DNA of 64,000 nucleotides from Nemertoderma westbladi (GCA_032718475.1 JAUCBJ010008070.1:1-64000), one strand, 5' to 3'. Numbered from the stretch's first letter, positions 24,376-37,775 are shown. Notes: generated from the letters alone by a model not told the origin. Program-made: numbers and translations.

Positions 24376-25383
24376 TGTCGAGGCTTTCACAGGCGGGCTG
24401 ACAATCCACTAACGATTGTCCCCAGGCGCTAACTTAGCATCTGCTAAAAAGAGGTTCGTTTATGTAGTTCTTGTGAGCACTATTAAACGCCTCGGGATAC
24501 CTGCCACAAGGCAGGAGCATTCACGTATATTTGTATATTTATATATTATTTAATGTATATATCTATATCGTATAATCAATTACTTTGGGTGTGTAAGTTT
24601 CGGCACTATAAATTGCTTCAAGGGAATAATGCACTATGCACGTGCAAACTGTTCCGTTATGTTGTCTGCGGACAAGTGTACGTGTGACTTATTTATATTG
24701 CAAGTAGGATGCTACATGGGATCTAGTGCGTGGTAAGCGCACAACTTACTTGTACTGGACACATTGCGATATTGAATGTATTATAGTTGCATGTTGGGGA
24801 ATAATATTGCAGTATTGCGGACACATACACTCACTCTACAAATGAACCGAATCTACTGCAGACAGGTTACAGTTATCACTTACCGGGTGGAAGGCAAAGT
24901 AGTGTGATCCTGAGTCTTGTATTCATGAATAATGCAATGCAATAATAATAACTATAATATGATGATAAGATTTAATGCGCACAGCAAGTATAATGTGCGT
25001 ACAGCCAGTTACAATATGTACAACAAGTATGTGAACATTAAGGTAAAATTTCATAGATCCGTGCTAACCACACGAACCTCTGTATGGTTACAAGCCTCAG
25101 ATGTTAAATGGTTAGGCCTGCTATTACACGAAAAACATTCGATTATTATACAGTTCAAATGGGAACAGCCAATAAGGCGTAAGAATTCCAGAAAGTGTGA
25201 CAACCAATAAGAGTCCAGTACTATGATAATCGATGCCGGGCAACGGATAAACAAGGTATGGCACATGATGGCACATCGATGGCGTATGGCACAGATTGGA
25301 CATAAAATATTGTGCACATAAATATTGAATAGTTCTCTGATAAAATATAAGATTTCAATATAAAGTTAGCGTGTTCATCAAAA
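24376..25383. mobile_element. ~1.0-kb non-coding insertion, probable solo LTR
   Basis: Interrupts the RTE between QNGFRPN and RST. 5-bp TSD CTATT at 24371-24375 and 25384-25388. Begins TGTCGA and ends TCAAAA, one change from TCAACA. Confidence 0.65.
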
Positions 25384-26272
25384 CTATTTGGTCGAAATCC
25401 GTTTTGGCATTTACGCAGTAGTTTCTCTATGTGAGGCATAATCCTATATAGAATCATTTTATTGTATATTTTGGCAGCTACCACAAGCAGACAGCTCCAA
25501 CGATAGTTTGTTGGTATACTGATGTCTCCTTTCTTGGGGAGAGGCTTTAGTTGACCTTTAGTCGAAATTGGTGGTGGCTTTTCCCCTTTTAACATCCGGT
25601 TGCAAACATTCAATATGGTCTGTTTAGCACTCCTGTTTTCCATACCTACGCGGGATTTCATCTAATCAACTCGCTTTATTATTGGACATGCTTTTTTTAA
25701 TGCTTCTTTGGAGTTCGGCAGGTGTGAAGTCCCCTGTTTCTATAGGTAGTGTCTTGTCATATATTTTCCTTGTAGGGCTGATCTCGATGTTTGGTGGCTG
25801 CCCAAGCAAGTTGCTGAAGTGATTTTTCCACTTCCCTTTTCCACTTAGCTGATTCCTTGTTGGCTGTTATTATATTCTGGTATATTGAATCGGTGGACTG
25901 TTCTTCATCCATTGACTGAAGTGCTTCAAAGCGGTTTTGAACCTCTACTGTGTGAGCATCCTTTACTGCATTGTCAGTTCTGAGTTTCTCCCAGTCATAG
26001 TTGATTTGCTTGCTTGTCCTGGGTTTGCTGGCTCTCAACTGAGTCTGATCTCCGTAGTCACAATTCTGTGGTCCGAACCTATTACTGTAGGTTGAACGAC
26101 GCCAATAGGCCTACGGTTATTATTATTTATTTCGTACGCTGGCATGCAGCCAGGAACAGAGTAAAGTAAAGAGAGGAGACAAAAACCACGAAATAATACA
26201 GAGAAGGCAAAGATATTATCTAATATATTATATATTATATAATATTTATATATATTATATATATATATATAT

Positions 26273-26556
26273 GACAACACATGACAAACGCCGAGCTTTA
26301 TGGTACAATACCACCTGTATCAACCACCCTCCGTGAACGCAGACGCAGAAGTAAAGACGAGGTCATACCAGATCTACTTTTCTGGCAACCAACTCATGGA
26401 AGGCGTAGTCATGGACGACCGGCCATAACATATATAGATCAACTTGAAAGGGATACTGAACTTGGGAGAAACGAAATTACGACAACTATGGAGAATCGGG
26501 AAGCCTGGAAGGATCACATTTCCACTGTCCGAGTTCGCTCGACCTAGTAGTAGTAT
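26273..26556 (+). mobile_element. 3' fragment of the same RTE family, inverted, within (TA)n
   Basis: MTNAELYGTIPPVSTTLRERR... is nearly identical to 21953-22240 but has a short internal deletion; ends TAGTAGTAGTA. Confidence 0.9.
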
Positions 26557-26853
26557 AAATATATATATATTATATATTTATATTTGGTTCCATTAGGGTA
26601 TTGAAAGGTCCATAGCTTCCCCCTACTCTTTTCGAATGTGTTGTTTGTTGGTATCAATTCACATTCCTCCATTAGGTCTAAAAGTAAGTACCCATTTCTG
26701 TTAGAACTGGTGTTAGGTGTAACCCTTGATGTCTTCTGGGCCAATTTGCGCATTCAGGTCACCAGCAATGACTTTAACATTGTGTTTCGGAATGTCCTTT
26801 ATAAGTCCAGTCAGATCTTCATAAAACTTGACTGCTTGTTCTGGCTCTTAGGT

Positions 26854-28096
26854 TGTTCGCGCTTTCAGACCTTTGGCAGTTTAACCCACCAAATTAAGAT
26901 GTCTTCTAGATATTAAATCAGTTTTTAGTCTATGACACGTATTTGATTCACTACACTAGTCGAAACCAATCCGTGCGCGACCATTCACCCGCTGGATATT
27001 CCCGGGAGATTGGGTTCGACGGTTTAATTTTGTTGCTATGTAAGCCTAATGTATTATTCGACTGACAGTATTATATAATCTCTGACAATATTATTTACCT
27101 TCGGGAATATTAACAGTTCCTTTAGGACGTGGCGCTTTAACTATATAAACAGAGTTATGACTTAAACTACTCACAACGATATGGCTTAATTATAATTCAC
27201 ATATATGGCGCATTCTTTAGGAATTGCTTCTTTAACAGACTCACTCATACACAATGCTGCACAATACTGCACACTAATCTGCCAATCTTCACTGATTTTA
27301 GTCACATATAAAAGGAACACAGGCTGACTCATGTAGGGTCTATCAAATAACATTGGATTCACTTCAAACCACTTCAACATAAGTCACAATCGTTTATCTG
27401 TAACCCTTCTCTCTTACCTTCGGTATATCAAGAACATTGGGTTTCGGGGTTGTTTATCGTTATTCCAAATATAATAATTCATCAACCATATTATGAAGAA
27501 CTGACCGCAAATAGCAGTATAAAACAACAACTGAACACTGATTGTTACGAGTTTGCAATGTTTCAGCAGTCAGGATGTATGATCAGTTAGCAGTAGTCTT
27601 TAGGTATGTTAAATTGCAGTTAAAGGATATATGCCCTTTATAATTAAACCTACTAGTGTACGACTAAAACAGTAAAGCACAAAATACTTCCAAGCCGTTC
27701 TTTCTTTGGCTCAAGACTGAATGTAAACACTGCACATAGGCATTGCGTCATTTCTCGGAAATTTTCTGTACAAGGAGCCACAAAAACGCTCTCATTGGCT
27801 GACTGAACTGAGAGACGCCGTAGAACAAAGGAAATCAACACGTATGAATGTCAGCTGTTAACCGTAGTCATAGTAACTACTGTTCAAGAGTAGCTATCAC
27901 CCCTTTGCGTCACGAATTGCCATAGAATCATAAAATATGCCTTTCACAGTACACATACGGAGGAAATAGGTCTTAGATCCTCTAAAAACACCGATACAGC
28001 AATAATACGGTCTCTTACACTTATTAAATCAACTACAGAGTATTTTAATGTAAAAGATAATAAAAATAACGGGGCAATTCAGCAAAGGCTTTTACA
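26854..28096 (-). repeat. BEL/Pao 3' LTR (1243 bp)
   Basis: Direct repeat of 38098-39341; by eye only a 1-bp indel was seen (~27412). Confidence 0.96.
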
Positions 28097-30904
28097 CCGC
28101 TCCCAGAAAATGGGATTTTCAGTCTATAAAATATAAAAATCACAGTTTCTAAAACATAACGATACTCTAAACAGTTAGTCTTTCTTACGCAGACGGCGTT
28201 TACGCAGTTTTTTGAGGCTAGCAAGAGTCTTTTTCTCTTTGGGGGGAGCCACTTTACTAGGAGGGCCATAACTCCTGGGTGAAGGGTGCAATATGATTGC
28301 ATCAGAAGGTGTAGGATTGTGGTCGAGGTATCTGCCGTTTCGATATGCTTCTCCTCGAGCTGATTTTCCTCCGCTCGTAGCTGGATACGTTCATCCAAAA
28401 ACTCTCGCAGAGAATAGGATCGTCCAAGTTCGATAACTTCTTAGAGATTCTGGATTTCCCAATTGAATTGAGATAAGGCCAATTCGTTTATCGATTGGAC
28501 TCACTGGTATAACTTACGTTTATCTGAACAAACGCAGGTTTCCTTTTTGATCTTTATAAAATAGCGTTTAACTCGTTTCGTACAACGCTCTCCTTCACCG
28601 TGATGAGGGGTTGTATCGCGTTAAACGTGGACGACCATACGGTTGGATAGTGATATTAGGTGTCCGCGTCACAATCTGGCTAGGTAAGATGGGCGGCTAG
28701 CTAGAAATCACTGCCGGAGTGTTACCGATTAATTGTTAGGGTAGCACTAGATCTTTGAACAGTGAATACAGTCCGCGAGGATCCGCGACACCACCAAGAT
28801 CGCAGGTCTGAGGTCCAACTAAGGAATGAGGAGGTTTGACCGAGTATTCCGGGACTCTGATCGTAGGTTTACTCCAGGATCGTTCGAGCCGAGTGAGCAT
28901 AGGTGATACGTCAACAAGTTTCGGTTTACGTGGATGTTTATGTCTTTCCGTTTATTAGTTGGGTCTAGGGCATTTATCGTAATAATACCAAAGACGCACG
29001 TCTGATGGGGTAAACGCGGGCGATATTTATTTGTTGTTACAATGCTTCTATCAAGAATTCCAAATATACGTTGGAGTCACCGCGTCCATTTGTTTCTTAA
29101 GTGTCTTTTCTTTCGAGTCGATTTCGAATAGAATTTTCGCATTCGAATTTCCGTTTATGGTTCCGACTCCGCTGGGCAGGATATATAGTCGACATAGTCC
29201 GTATTGTGTAAATCGATAGGATGACAAGACCATCTTCTATCAACTCCGTCATATCTGCTATATATGAGTTTATCCACATTATAATGAGTTTATATTTAGG
29301 CGAGCGGGCGTCGCTGCCTACCCCAATCAACCCCGGACAGTACGAGATACTCAGCGCCGATGTGTCGTCGCCGCTGTACTTTCGCCAACGACGTAGCCGC
29401 ACAACGACAACGACAACCGACACAAGTCACTCGACTGTCCGTCCCAAAGACTTAGATGTACTTCAGGTTTTCCTTGGAGAGTTAGGTTACTTTTACGATT
29501 GCGACTAGCTACTGTAAACACACCTTAGCAGTAACATTCACCTATAAACTCACAAATACCACACACACAACTTGTCACAAATTACACACATTCGGGCCAT
29601 TTGTCCGTTAGTCAATGCCTTCCAGAATGTCACTGTAATATTATGTATCCTTGGATACTATCAGTGCACTATTTATTCCCTATGCTATTCAATGGGACAA
29701 GCTTTCTATTGTTCTTTTAACTCAATTCTAATTCTAGCGTGGTTGTTGCTATGGTGACATTATGCAAAGCTAGCGGTAGAATTAGGGTGATTCCAATGCA
29801 TACAGATCTGGGATGTTATTTAATAGTAATTCTTTAATAGTCAATGTCCTGTTTATACATGACTTTACGAATTTTATCGGCTATTAACTATGTTTGGGAA
29901 ACTTTCACACACTCATACGCATGATAAGATAAATCTCCGCTCCCTTGATCTATTAATTAATGGAATTTTGGGAACTTTATAAATTGCGTAAAAATGGCAA
30001 TTTATTAAATTCATTAAAAGGCATGAATTTAAATTGATTCCCTGAAATTTTATTATTTGATAATTAAATGGACATATTTGGATTCCAGAACATGTCTGGG
30101 GACACAAGATCCTTAATTCTATGACAATTGTCTTTTTAAGAATATCGGTAAATACTACGATATCTTAATTGACTAGAATTATTGAAGGATCTGAATTTTA
30201 CAGATTTTGATTGATTAGATTTTGCAAATATTAATTAATTAATATTTGAGATGGGCACCGATTTATTCCAGAACTTGTCTGGGGACGTTAACCACTGATT
30301 CTAGAATTTGTCTTTCAAGTATATCGGTGGGTGCCGCGATATCTTAATCGACTAGAATTACAGATGGTCAAAGGGTTTAACAGATTTATTTTGCGTTATA
30401 CGCTACTGTTAAAGGGGACATCACGCTACTATATGTATTATTTAATATACGGTATGAGAGCAATATCGCACGAAGCAATGTCAGTGTGAAGAGGCAAGTC
30501 GTTTCCAAGGTCTACCCAGAGCTTGGTTTAACCGAGACACGAGGATCTGAACTTTGCATTCCTAATACTCTGCCTACCAATAATACTTAAATATAGTAGT
30601 GGCTTTATTGTACTTTAATAAGTACGGACATTTCATCTTACTGTAGTTACGTATTTATAATAGAATACGAGCAGTAAGGAAAGAGAAAAATAATTATTTC
30701 TCGCCGTCGCACTAAATATAATATAAGTAATCGCGTACGTAATAAACACGAATATATTGCACTATTCTACAAAATAATCGCTAAATAATATTCTACTAAA
30801 TTAAATAAAACGATTATAATAAAATTACATAGTAATACATACATAAATATAAAAATAATAAAATAATATAAAATAATAGAGTCACACACCCACTCCATAT
30901 GTTT

Positions 30905-33900
30905 TTAAGTTATGGAGTCCCTAGATGTTTGAAGGATTAGGGAGGTGGTCGTGGGATGAGAATCTTGCCTTCCACAGTTTCCGGAGAGTCCTCCATTCCC
31001 TTCCGGTAAACACAAACGACCGACTGGGTGATTGAGTCGCTGCATCCTGAATACAATTCCAGGTTTCCTCTTCGTCCTGGAATAGTGACGATAGAAACAT
31101 CGCTCAAAGTATATGACGGCGTCACAAAGCCGATTCCAGGAGCTATAGTGGTCCGTCGCTCTCTGCAGGAGAGGTGAGAGTCCCTGCGAGACGTCTGATG
31201 TTCCAGAGCTCCAATCGCTCTCTCTGATCTTCATGAAGGATCCACTCGCGGAGGGGAGGCCCAGATCCACGGCGTCGTCCCTGGCAACATGTAATACCGA
31301 CAGATCTATCCCGGGTTCAAATAACTCCGATCCACACGTCCGGGTTTCAGGTTCGACTTTCTCCGCTCCCTTGGCTGGTATAATCTCAGTCGGAGTAAGA
31401 TGGGGAGGCCATTCATTCTCCTTACTCAGGAAGTCGGGTTCACCTAATCGGTCTGTAGTATCTGTCAGTTCTTGAGGAGTTGCTCCTCTGGAAGCGATGT
31501 CAATTGGATTAAACTTCTTGGGGCAATATCTCCATTGATCTACATTGGAGCTAAGATTGTCATTATCTGCGGAGTGTGGTGTTCCCTCAGTTGGGTCGTC
31601 TCCCTCACTAGTATCATCTTCCCATTCACTCACCTGGCAGACGCGATCTTGAAGCAGTCTTTCCCTGAGCGTTCTACGGGAAGGTCCAGTAAGGTACCAA
31701 CCTACTCTAGTTCTTACCGCATAGGTCTGTAATGGCTGCGGTTGAGCAGGTCGTTTCTCTAATGTCTCCAGCGCCTCATGCGCGTTTTGGCCGATGAGTA
31801 TTTGCACTCCAGGATAATCAGTCTGGAATCGAGGTATGTTAAGATGTTGTATGCTCTCATCCTCGTCCCAATTATAAAGATCTGCTTGAGTAGTAGCGAA
31901 GTTCTTTATAGCCACCATTTTCACTGACCTTATGCTGTGTTCTCCTAGTTCGTCTTGTGGGGTGGACAACGCGCCTACATAATAATCAGCTGTTATTGTA
32001 GATTTCCAAACTTGCATAATGCCAGACATGTTGAGCTTAGTTTGGAACTTGGGCTGTCCAGCAAATATATCTTCGGCTAGCTCTTTATCGATGAATGTTC
32101 CTGTGCTACCGGAGTCCAGGAGGGCGTTCACTATATAGCTCTTCTGAGGTCCGTGGACCCGTAACTGGACTACAGGAAATTCTCGGATTCCTATATTGGA
32201 AGTTGGCGCTTTCCAAGATGGTTGTTGATCGGAAGTAGTTAAGGTAAGGTCGCTGTCTGTGTCTTTCTCATACACGAGTGCTCGATACACTGCGGTGGTG
32301 TTTATTAGGTAACAGGATTCGTTTTGGTCGGAGAACTCGTCCGTATAGAATCCTTCCATCTCAGATTGATCAGTGTCGTTCACATCACTGAATTGGACAT
32401 GTAGTTCGGACTCACTTACCTGACTCGGGCTGTTTCGTTCGAATTCCGTGTGCAACAAGATATGATGTTTTGCGCCGCACTTTGCACACCTTGCGTCGGA
32501 GTTACAGGTTCGCCGTTGGTGTCCTCGTCTGAGGCAATTATAACACAACCGCTTATCCCACATGACTTCACGTCTATCCTTTAGTGATTTCCTCAGGAAT
32601 TTATCACACGCATTTAAACGGTGGGGCCCGTCGCACAGCACGCATTTCGGCTTGATGTTACTTACTTTAACCTGTGCTATGTGGTGCACACTTGTTCTTT
32701 CCTCGGGCTTTCTCACCTGAATTCTTTTAGGAGACGTAGGAAGGGTTTTTTGTACCGGTTCCCTTCTGTCATTGGGTCGAGACTCGGATTTACTTACCTG
32801 ATCTTTAGGCATTTTATTGACATAGTAAGATCTGTCAGTGTCTTTCCCACTGTCCTCTCCTTGAGAAGTTTGGCTTTCACCGTCGTCGGTATAACATACT
32901 GGTGTTACCCTTCTCCTAGAAACGGGTTTCTCACTTACCTTGTTTTCCAATGTCTTCTCTCTGGACTGCCTTAGGAGCTGTAATTTCACTTCTCCATCTA
33001 AGAATGACATGAGATCAGCCATGGTAGGGTCTCGTCGTTGTTGTTCCATCATATATAACACCTTCTTGTCCCAGCGTGTACCTACTCCACCCTTGGGCAA
33101 AGTAGATGCTAAGGCTCTTACAACCATAGAATTCTGGTATTCATGAGACTTACCTAACCAATCTAGTTGTCTACAGATCTCCTGAATTTCATCGGAAAAC
33201 TCGATAATTCCGCTACTAATAAACTTTCGGGGCGCTACTAACTTTGCATACAAGTACCCAGCGATATTATTCCTATTACCATACCTGATGTTTAGTGTAT
33301 CCCAAACTTGTCTTAATCCGTCTGGATGTCCAATAAACTTTAACGCCATTAACTTGGGAGATCCTTCCAAGCACTCGATGAGGTATCTAAGTTTTTCTCC
33401 ATTAGATAGTACAGAGTTCTGTATGTTATCTTTATAATATTCATTAAAAGGTAACCATTTCATCTCATCTCCATTGAACTTGACGATCTCTCCAACCTTT
33501 ACCGCTTGCCTGGCTTCGGTTCTAGCCATTTGACGCGTAAAACTTTCTTGGGCCATCGTGCTATTTAATATCGAGTTATCGGTATATAAATTTCTCGGAT
33601 TATGATCAGTTCTATAGGGAATATCATTATCAACAGGTCTATAATTACCCTTAATAGGGTTCACTATAGGAGTTTCTACTTCGCTAGCAGTGTATATGCG
33701 TGTAGGCTCCACACCTTGCGCATGCAATACTTCAGACCTAACAGGTTGACACATTGTTACAGAGGGTGGTGGTATACCCTTTTGGGTATTTACTAATTTA
33801 TCGCGTTCAAGCGCGATACTTTGCTGCACTTCTTGCAACTCTAGCCTACTTTCCCTTACTGTGCCCTTGAATTGCAGGACAGTCTCCTGCATCTGCCTGA

Positions 33901-35878
33901 GCAGGATATCCATCCCCCGCCGTCTCTCGTCTACCCAATCAACCGCCGAAACGGGATCCGCCAACGTCGTAGCGGGCGGACGAGGGACAACGGGCGACAA
34001 ATTTGGAATATTTCGCTCGGGGTCCAGGACCTGAACTGTCTCTTGGGCAGTTCTGCGGGGCACAGGTAGCTTAGTGCTATGCAGAGGGAATTTAGAGGTA
34101 GTTTCAGGGAGCACATGTGTGTCTATCACCGAAGGGGTGATTTCAAGAACAGGCCTAATTATTTCAGGCTCATCTACTATAGTAGGGAGTCTTTCTATTT
34201 TAATTATTTGGTCTGTGGGCTCTGTACTACCTACTTTGGTGTTATTTAGTTGCCTTCTAACAGCTGGAGGCAAATCAGGCAATTTCTGCCGGTGGAATGT
34301 TCTTTTACGTCTGCTTAGGCGAGATCGATTTCCTCCGCCTTCGGTGTCGGTGGTATCGCCTTCCTCAGATGATGTATACCCCTGTCTCTTGGGAGTAGAT
34401 CGACTCATCATCTGCATATTGCTCGCTGTTAGCTGTTTATTGAAGTTGTCTTGCCTCTCTTGAAGATTTTCCAACTCTAGTTGGGTTGCCTCTTCAGATG
34501 CCCTCCGTTCTGCTTCTGCCACTGCCTCTGCCGCCTTTCTTTCCGCTTCGGCCGCTGCCATTGCCGCCTTTCTTTCTGCTTCTGCCGCTTTTGCCTCTGC
34601 CGCTGCCTCTGCCGCTGCCGCTTTTGCCTCTGCCGCTGCCTCTGCCGCTGCCGCTTTTGTTTCTGCTTCTGCAGCTGCCACTGCTGCTGCTACTGTCGCT
34701 GCCTTTCTGTCTTCTATACGTTTTTTCTTTACTTGTTCTTCTTTGACTCTTGTCAGGCGGAGTTGTTCATCGAATTTAGCTTGGTTCGCCGCTAACCTAT
34801 CCACATCAATTGCATCCAACACACGCTGGGCTCCTTCACTATTAGGGCTAAGCCCATCTAGTCTTCTCCGCAACTCTTCATCACCTACGAAACGCTGATA
34901 GTCTGACAGATAGATGTCAATGGCATCCCTCTTATGCGGTTTCTCTGCCGTCGCTTCACTTTCCACTTGGGAAAAAGTAGCGTCTGTTGATTCTCCATGG
35001 GTTGAGCGCTCCTCCAACTGAGCTTTCCACTGAGCTGCTCCTTGAACCTGGCGACTCACCCGTTGAAACCAAGTCTTTACGGCAACTTGCAACGACGTGT
35101 CTTGCCTTCTTTTAGAAGCCTCCTCAAAGGCGGATAAGATTAGCCTAATCCGCAGAACTCTTTCTCTAACTTGATAAAGCAGCGATCCCTGCTCTTGAGG
35201 TCCTTGAGGTTGTTGAAAAAGTTGCTTTTCTATTCGCTCCATAGAGCTGAAGAATCCCTGTGCGTATCCGGCTGCGGACCTCTTCCACACAGCTGGATCG
35301 ATGGTTTCCTTGGCTACTCCCATCCGGTGTATGTCTTCCCAGGCAGCTTCTGATAAATCAAACGGGAGTCCGGGTCCGGGGAAGTTCCATTGCGACTCGA
35401 CAATAGACTTCAGTTCTTCACTAGTGTATCCCGCGTAGCTATCTCTAGTTGACCGTTGACTTCTCGCCCAATCGATCTGGTGTTCTTCCACCGCGATCAA
35501 TAACCCAGCGAGCACGGCTGCAGGAAGGATGAGAAGGGGATCCGTATAAACCGCATCCGTCATCTCTGCTCCGCTCTCGGGTGTCAGCTCTACAGTATCC
35601 TCACTACTGGAGCTGCTGGGCCGCTGAGGAATAAGTTCTTGACTAGTGGGTTGTTGCTGTTCCGCTGCCTTTTGGTCCCGCTTGACCTGAGCTCGAGTGC
35701 CTATGATAGACCTACGATGTTGGACCAGCCTAGGTTCTGTTATTACTACTGGAGGGATGACCTTCCTCACAGTGGGAGGTGAACTGGATTTACGACCAGA
35801 CGGTTGTACGTCTCTATCTGAGTCGCAGATAGTTACATCTAATAAACTGTCTGACAGGTTCTGCTTAGTATCAGACAT
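30905..35878 (-). CDS. BEL/Pao Gag-protease polyprotein lacking RT, most of RNase H and the integrase core
   Basis: DUF1759-like FNGD..KW..F..EKLRYL; three Cys/His knuckles (CVLCDGPH..C, CYNCLRRGH..C, CAKCGAKHH.LLH); protease LLDSGS. The sequence then jumps from AVRTRVGW to the post-RNase H motif QWRYCP..NPIDIASRG. No YVDD and no DDE. Confidence 0.9.
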   Translation of the reverse strand: MSDTKQNLSDSLLDVTICDSDRDVQPSGRKSSSPPTVRKVIPPVVITEPRLVQHRRSIIGTRAQVKRDQKAAEQQQPTSQELIPQRPSSSSSEDTVELTPESGAEMTDAVYTDPLLILPAAVLAGLLIAVEEHQIDWARSQRSTRDSYAGYTSEELKSIVESQWNFPGPGLPFDLSEAAWEDIHRMGVAKETIDPAVWKRSAAGYAQGFFSSMERIEKQLFQQPQGPQEQGSLLYQVRERVLRIRLILSAFEEASKRRQDTSLQVAVKTWFQRVSRQVQGAAQWKAQLEERSTHGESTDATFSQVESEATAEKPHKRDAIDIYLSDYQRFVGDEELRRRLDGLSPNSEGAQRVLDAIDVDRLAANQAKFDEQLRLTRVKEEQVKKKRIEDRKAATVAAAVAAAEAETKAAAAEAAAEAKAAAAEAAAEAKAAEAERKAAMAAAEAERKAAEAVAEAERRASEEATQLELENLQERQDNFNKQLTASNMQMMSRSTPKRQGYTSSEEGDTTDTEGGGNRSRLSRRKRTFHRQKLPDLPPAVRRQLNNTKVGSTEPTDQIIKIERLPTIVDEPEIIRPVLEITPSVIDTHVLPETTSKFPLHSTKLPVPRRTAQETVQVLDPERNIPNLSPVVPRPPATTLADPVSAVDWVDERRRGMDILLRQMQETVLQFKGTVRESRLELQEVQQSIALERDKLVNTQKGIPPPSVTMCQPVRSEVLHAQGVEPTRIYTASEVETPIVNPIKGNYRPVDNDIPYRTDHNPRNLYTDNSILNSTMAQESFTRQMARTEARQAVKVGEIVKFNGDEMKWLPFNEYYKDNIQNSVLSNGEKLRYLIECLEGSPKLMALKFIGHPDGLRQVWDTLNIRYGNRNNIAGYLYAKLVAPRKFISSGIIEFSDEIQEICRQLDWLGKSHEYQNSMVVRALASTLPKGGVGTRWDKKVLYMMEQQRRDPTMADLMSFLDGEVKLQLLRQSREKTLENKVSEKPVSRRRVTPVCYTDDGESQTSQGEDSGKDTDRSYYVNKMPKDQVSKSESRPNDRREPVQKTLPTSPKRIQVRKPEERTSVHHIAQVKVSNIKPKCVLCDGPHRLNACDKFLRKSLKDRREVMWDKRLCYNCLRRGHQRRTCNSDARCAKCGAKHHILLHTEFERNSPSQVSESELHVQFSDVNDTDQSEMEGFYTDEFSDQNESCYLINTTAVYRALVYEKDTDSDLTLTTSDQQPSWKAPTSNIGIREFPVVQLRVHGPQKSYIVNALLDSGSTGTFIDKELAEDIFAGQPKFQTKLNMSGIMQVWKSTITADYYVGALSTPQDELGEHSIRSVKMVAIKNFATTQADLYNWDEDESIQHLNIPRFQTDYPGVQILIGQNAHEALETLEKRPAQPQPLQTYAVRTRVGWYLTGPSRRTLRERLLQDRVCQVSEWEDDTSEGDDPTEGTPHSADNDNLSSNVDQWRYCPKKFNPIDIASRGATPQELTDTTDRLGEPDFLSKENEWPPHLTPTEIIPAKGAEKVEPETRTCGSELFEPGIDLSVLHVARDDAVDLGLPSASGSFMKIRESDWSSGTSDVSQGLSPLLQRATDHYSSWNRLCDAVIYFERCFYRHYSRTKRKPGIVFRMQRLNHPVGRLCLPEGNGGLSGNCGRQDSHPTTTSLILQTSRDSIT

Positions 35879-37204
35879 GACTAGGTATGTACAGTTGAAT
35901 GCCTACTGCTATATTACAGTCTAAGCAAGTCTAGTAATTCAGTATGAACTGCTAGCCTAGTAATTAATTACCGTTACTGCTACTCAGTGTAGCGTGATAT
36001 ATATAGAATATATTAGAATACCGGTATACTTATAGTATATATAACTATATAAGTATTATTACAGACTAGGTTTATCACAGAATACTGGTATAATTTTAGC
36101 ACAAATATATATAAATATATAATAGGCCTATCGGAAATACCGGTATACAGCTTACAGTTTGTAGGATATATAATTCTGAAATAGAATTAATTACAAGTAC
36201 TGGTATAATTTCAGCCTAGATTTATAGAAGTAAAGATAATAGGCCTATCGTAAATACCGGTATATCAATTATTTCAAATAATTGAATTTCTGTTACTTTA
36301 GGGTTACTTGGTTACTTTACTTACTTTATTACCGTTATTTGAGCAGTAATCCAACTTATATTGAGACCTAATGGTTGTATGGTAGGCCTACAATTTATAA
36401 ATCGTTAGATTTGATTTATAATATATATATACCCGTTTTAATGGGTTTTGTCAATGTTTGAAATAAATGTTATTATTTCTGGGGAGTAATCACTACACAA
36501 AGCGGTGCGCTTTCAGTGAAGTGTTACGTACAGGACACTAAAACAAATAATACTAATTTACCTAAGTTACTTAATACTACAAATTACGTACAATTTGGGT
36601 TGAGATTACAATCTCTAAATAAACACAAAATTTTACAAAAACACAAATACGAATTTTTTAGGGTAATTTTACAAGAAGTCTACAAACCAGCCTAACAAAG
36701 GGTTAGAAAACTGGTTATTACACGGACAAGGTACTACGGTATTTGAAATAATAAGTAGTAGTAAATACACTGCGTTGTCTAGATAGGAAAATACCACCGC
36801 CTGACGACCTATAGCCGTATCGCTATAGGTTCTACGTTATGTATCACGGAGTGTTCCTACCTAGAAGTTAATAGAGCTAATCGAATGTGCCTATCAACCA
36901 CTTTACAACACAAATATAATGTCTACAATAATTACTTCGGAAAGTACTGTACACTAAACCCTAAATTAGGTACGAGTACTTGTATAACAAATAATCAGTA
37001 GTTAAATATACTTGAACAGCTAAAAGAACCACGGCATCTGCTGGAGTGACCGATGCACAAAATCACCAGTCTTTACCTACGCCGAGCAGCCCGTGTAGTA
37101 CCGGGGTTAATTTAACTATAGCGGTATGTATAACAAACACAATTACTGTAGGAACAAACTTGGGGACTTGAATGTTGCGAATAATCGCATAAACTCTGAA
37201 TAAT

Positions 37205-37775
37205 AAATATTACGCTACGCGTACAAACTACTCAAACAAAATACAGACCGAACACTGACAGACTACTATCAAGCCTAAACAAACTACGGTATATGCAGAC
37301 TCCGAAATGATTAGGGAGTATGCGCTCTAACCCAGTAGTGCGACTTATTCTTTAGTTGGGGGTTTACCTTACAGCGTTGCTGCCCCTACTTCCTAACCGT
37401 ACTTAATCGGACAGATGATCTACACACGCGGCAATCCGTTCAGACCTAATAACAGCCAGACAACTATCCAGCCTACAAATTATCTAAGTAAAATTATACG
37501 CTACCCGTACAGACTTACACAAACAAAGTACAGACCAAACGATGGCAGACTACTCTCAAGCCTAAATAAACTATAGGACATGCAGACTCCGAAATGATTA
37601 GGGAGTAGGCCTATGCGCTCTAACCCAGTAGTGCGACTTATTCTTTAGTTGGGGGTTTACCTTACAGCGTTGCTGCCCCTACTTCCTAATCGTACTTAAT
37701 CGGACAGGTGATCTACACACACTGTAATCCGTTCAGACTTAACAGCAATCAGACAACAGCTCAGCCTACAAATCG
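37205..37775. repeat. ~286-bp tandem duplication in the BEL 5' leader
   Basis: TACGCTAC at 37211 and 37497; the block TGCAGACTCCGAAATGATTAGGGAGTA...GCAATCCGTTCAGAC is repeated. Confidence 0.85.

Noticed and set aside
27186-27841. Duplicated small ORFs (also 38430-39086)
   Set aside because: They are duplicated only because they lie in the two LTRs.
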